Below, in pieces: positions 63,854 through 64,000 of a stretch of 64,000 nucleotides of DNA (the stretch's first letter is position 1; each line of letters opens with the position of its first letter). The position numbers were made by a program, and so were the translations under genes. The stretch is from an uncultured Sandaracinus sp. Lineage in GTDB: Bacteria > Myxococcota_A > Polyangia > Polyangiales > Houyiibacteriaceae. Location: assembly GCA_964462035.1 (NCBI GenBank), contig CAYXAP010000029.1, forward strand, positions 14,472 through 78,471, in the 5' to 3' direction. Under the pieces are notes generated by a model that had not been told where the DNA came from, ran no database searches, and saw nothing but the letters and a program-made list of their open reading frames with translations.

Positions 63854-64000
63854 CGTCGCCAGAACTCCGGCACCAGCAGGGCGAAGAGGGTGAAGAACTC
63901 GAGCCGCCCGAGAAGCATCGCTACCACGAAGAAGGCCTTCGAGACGCCGGTGTAGGCGGCGAAGTTGTCGCTCATGCCCGCCATGTCGTGAAAGGGCGCC
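63850..64000 (-). CDS. trkH: TrkH/KtrB-family potassium transporter, C-terminal fragment (the rest is beyond the window edge)
   Basis: My translation of the minus strand reads ...NFAAYTGVSKAFFVVAMLLGRLEFFTLFALLVPEFWRR*, a typical TrkH-family C-terminus. The stop overlaps the ATG of the giant gene (ATGA at 63850-63853). Confidence 0.6.
   Translation of the reverse strand, partial: APFHDMAGMSDNFAAYTGVSKAFFVVAMLLGRLEFFTLFALLVPEFWRR

Noticed and set aside
1-64000. Mobile elements, prophage, defence islands, tRNA/rRNA genes
   Set aside because: I could find no integrase, transposase or recombinase motifs, no terminal inverted repeats, no tRNA-like sequences and no compositional break. The window looks like core chromosome.

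Overview
The window is a very GC-rich, densely coding chromosomal segment (G+C judged by eye, not computed). GC3-biased codon usage produces very long antisense 'shadow' ORFs, so the strand of each gene was chosen by protein plausibility. I support about 50 protein-coding genes. I found no rRNA, tRNA, CRISPR array, integrase or transposase.

The gene content looks myxobacterial (an inference). It includes two Ser/Thr kinases, two FHA proteins, a sigma-54 enhancer-binding protein, many lipoproteins and secreted proteins, and cysteine-rich 'CDGxDNDCDG' repeat proteins.

Housekeeping and metabolic genes:
- rimO, bioA, a SUI1/YciH translation factor, a TerC-family membrane protein and a nitronate monooxygenase
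- an aldo/keto reductase, an ACC-deaminase-like PLP enzyme, a rhodanese and a DegT-type aminotransferase
- an ECF sigma factor paired with a YCII-domain gene, three TetR regulators and one AraC regulator

Most unusual items:
1. A translationally coupled trkH - giant gene - mscS operon. The 1,598-aa central protein fuses a His-rich tail, a CPA2-type cation/proton antiporter domain, about 750 aa of helical linker, a P-loop NTPase and a winged helix.
2. An FHA-GAF-AAA+-HTH sigma-54 activator followed by a near-perfect -24/-12 promoter. The promoter lies about 13 nt upstream of the start codon of a two-gene lipoprotein operon.
3. Two tandem, thioester-less alpha-2-macroglobulin-like giants (1,554 and 1,454 aa). 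They are divergent from a TetR-DUF962 pair, and a 24-nt palindrome sits between the two units.
4. An acetate kinase fused to a PduL-type phosphotransacylase, with no microcompartment genes nearby.
5. A four-gene overlapping operon headed by a degenerate sigma-54-type AAA+ protein that has no GAFTGA loop and no DNA-binding domain.

All domain calls come from motif recognition by eye. None has been checked by HMM or database search.
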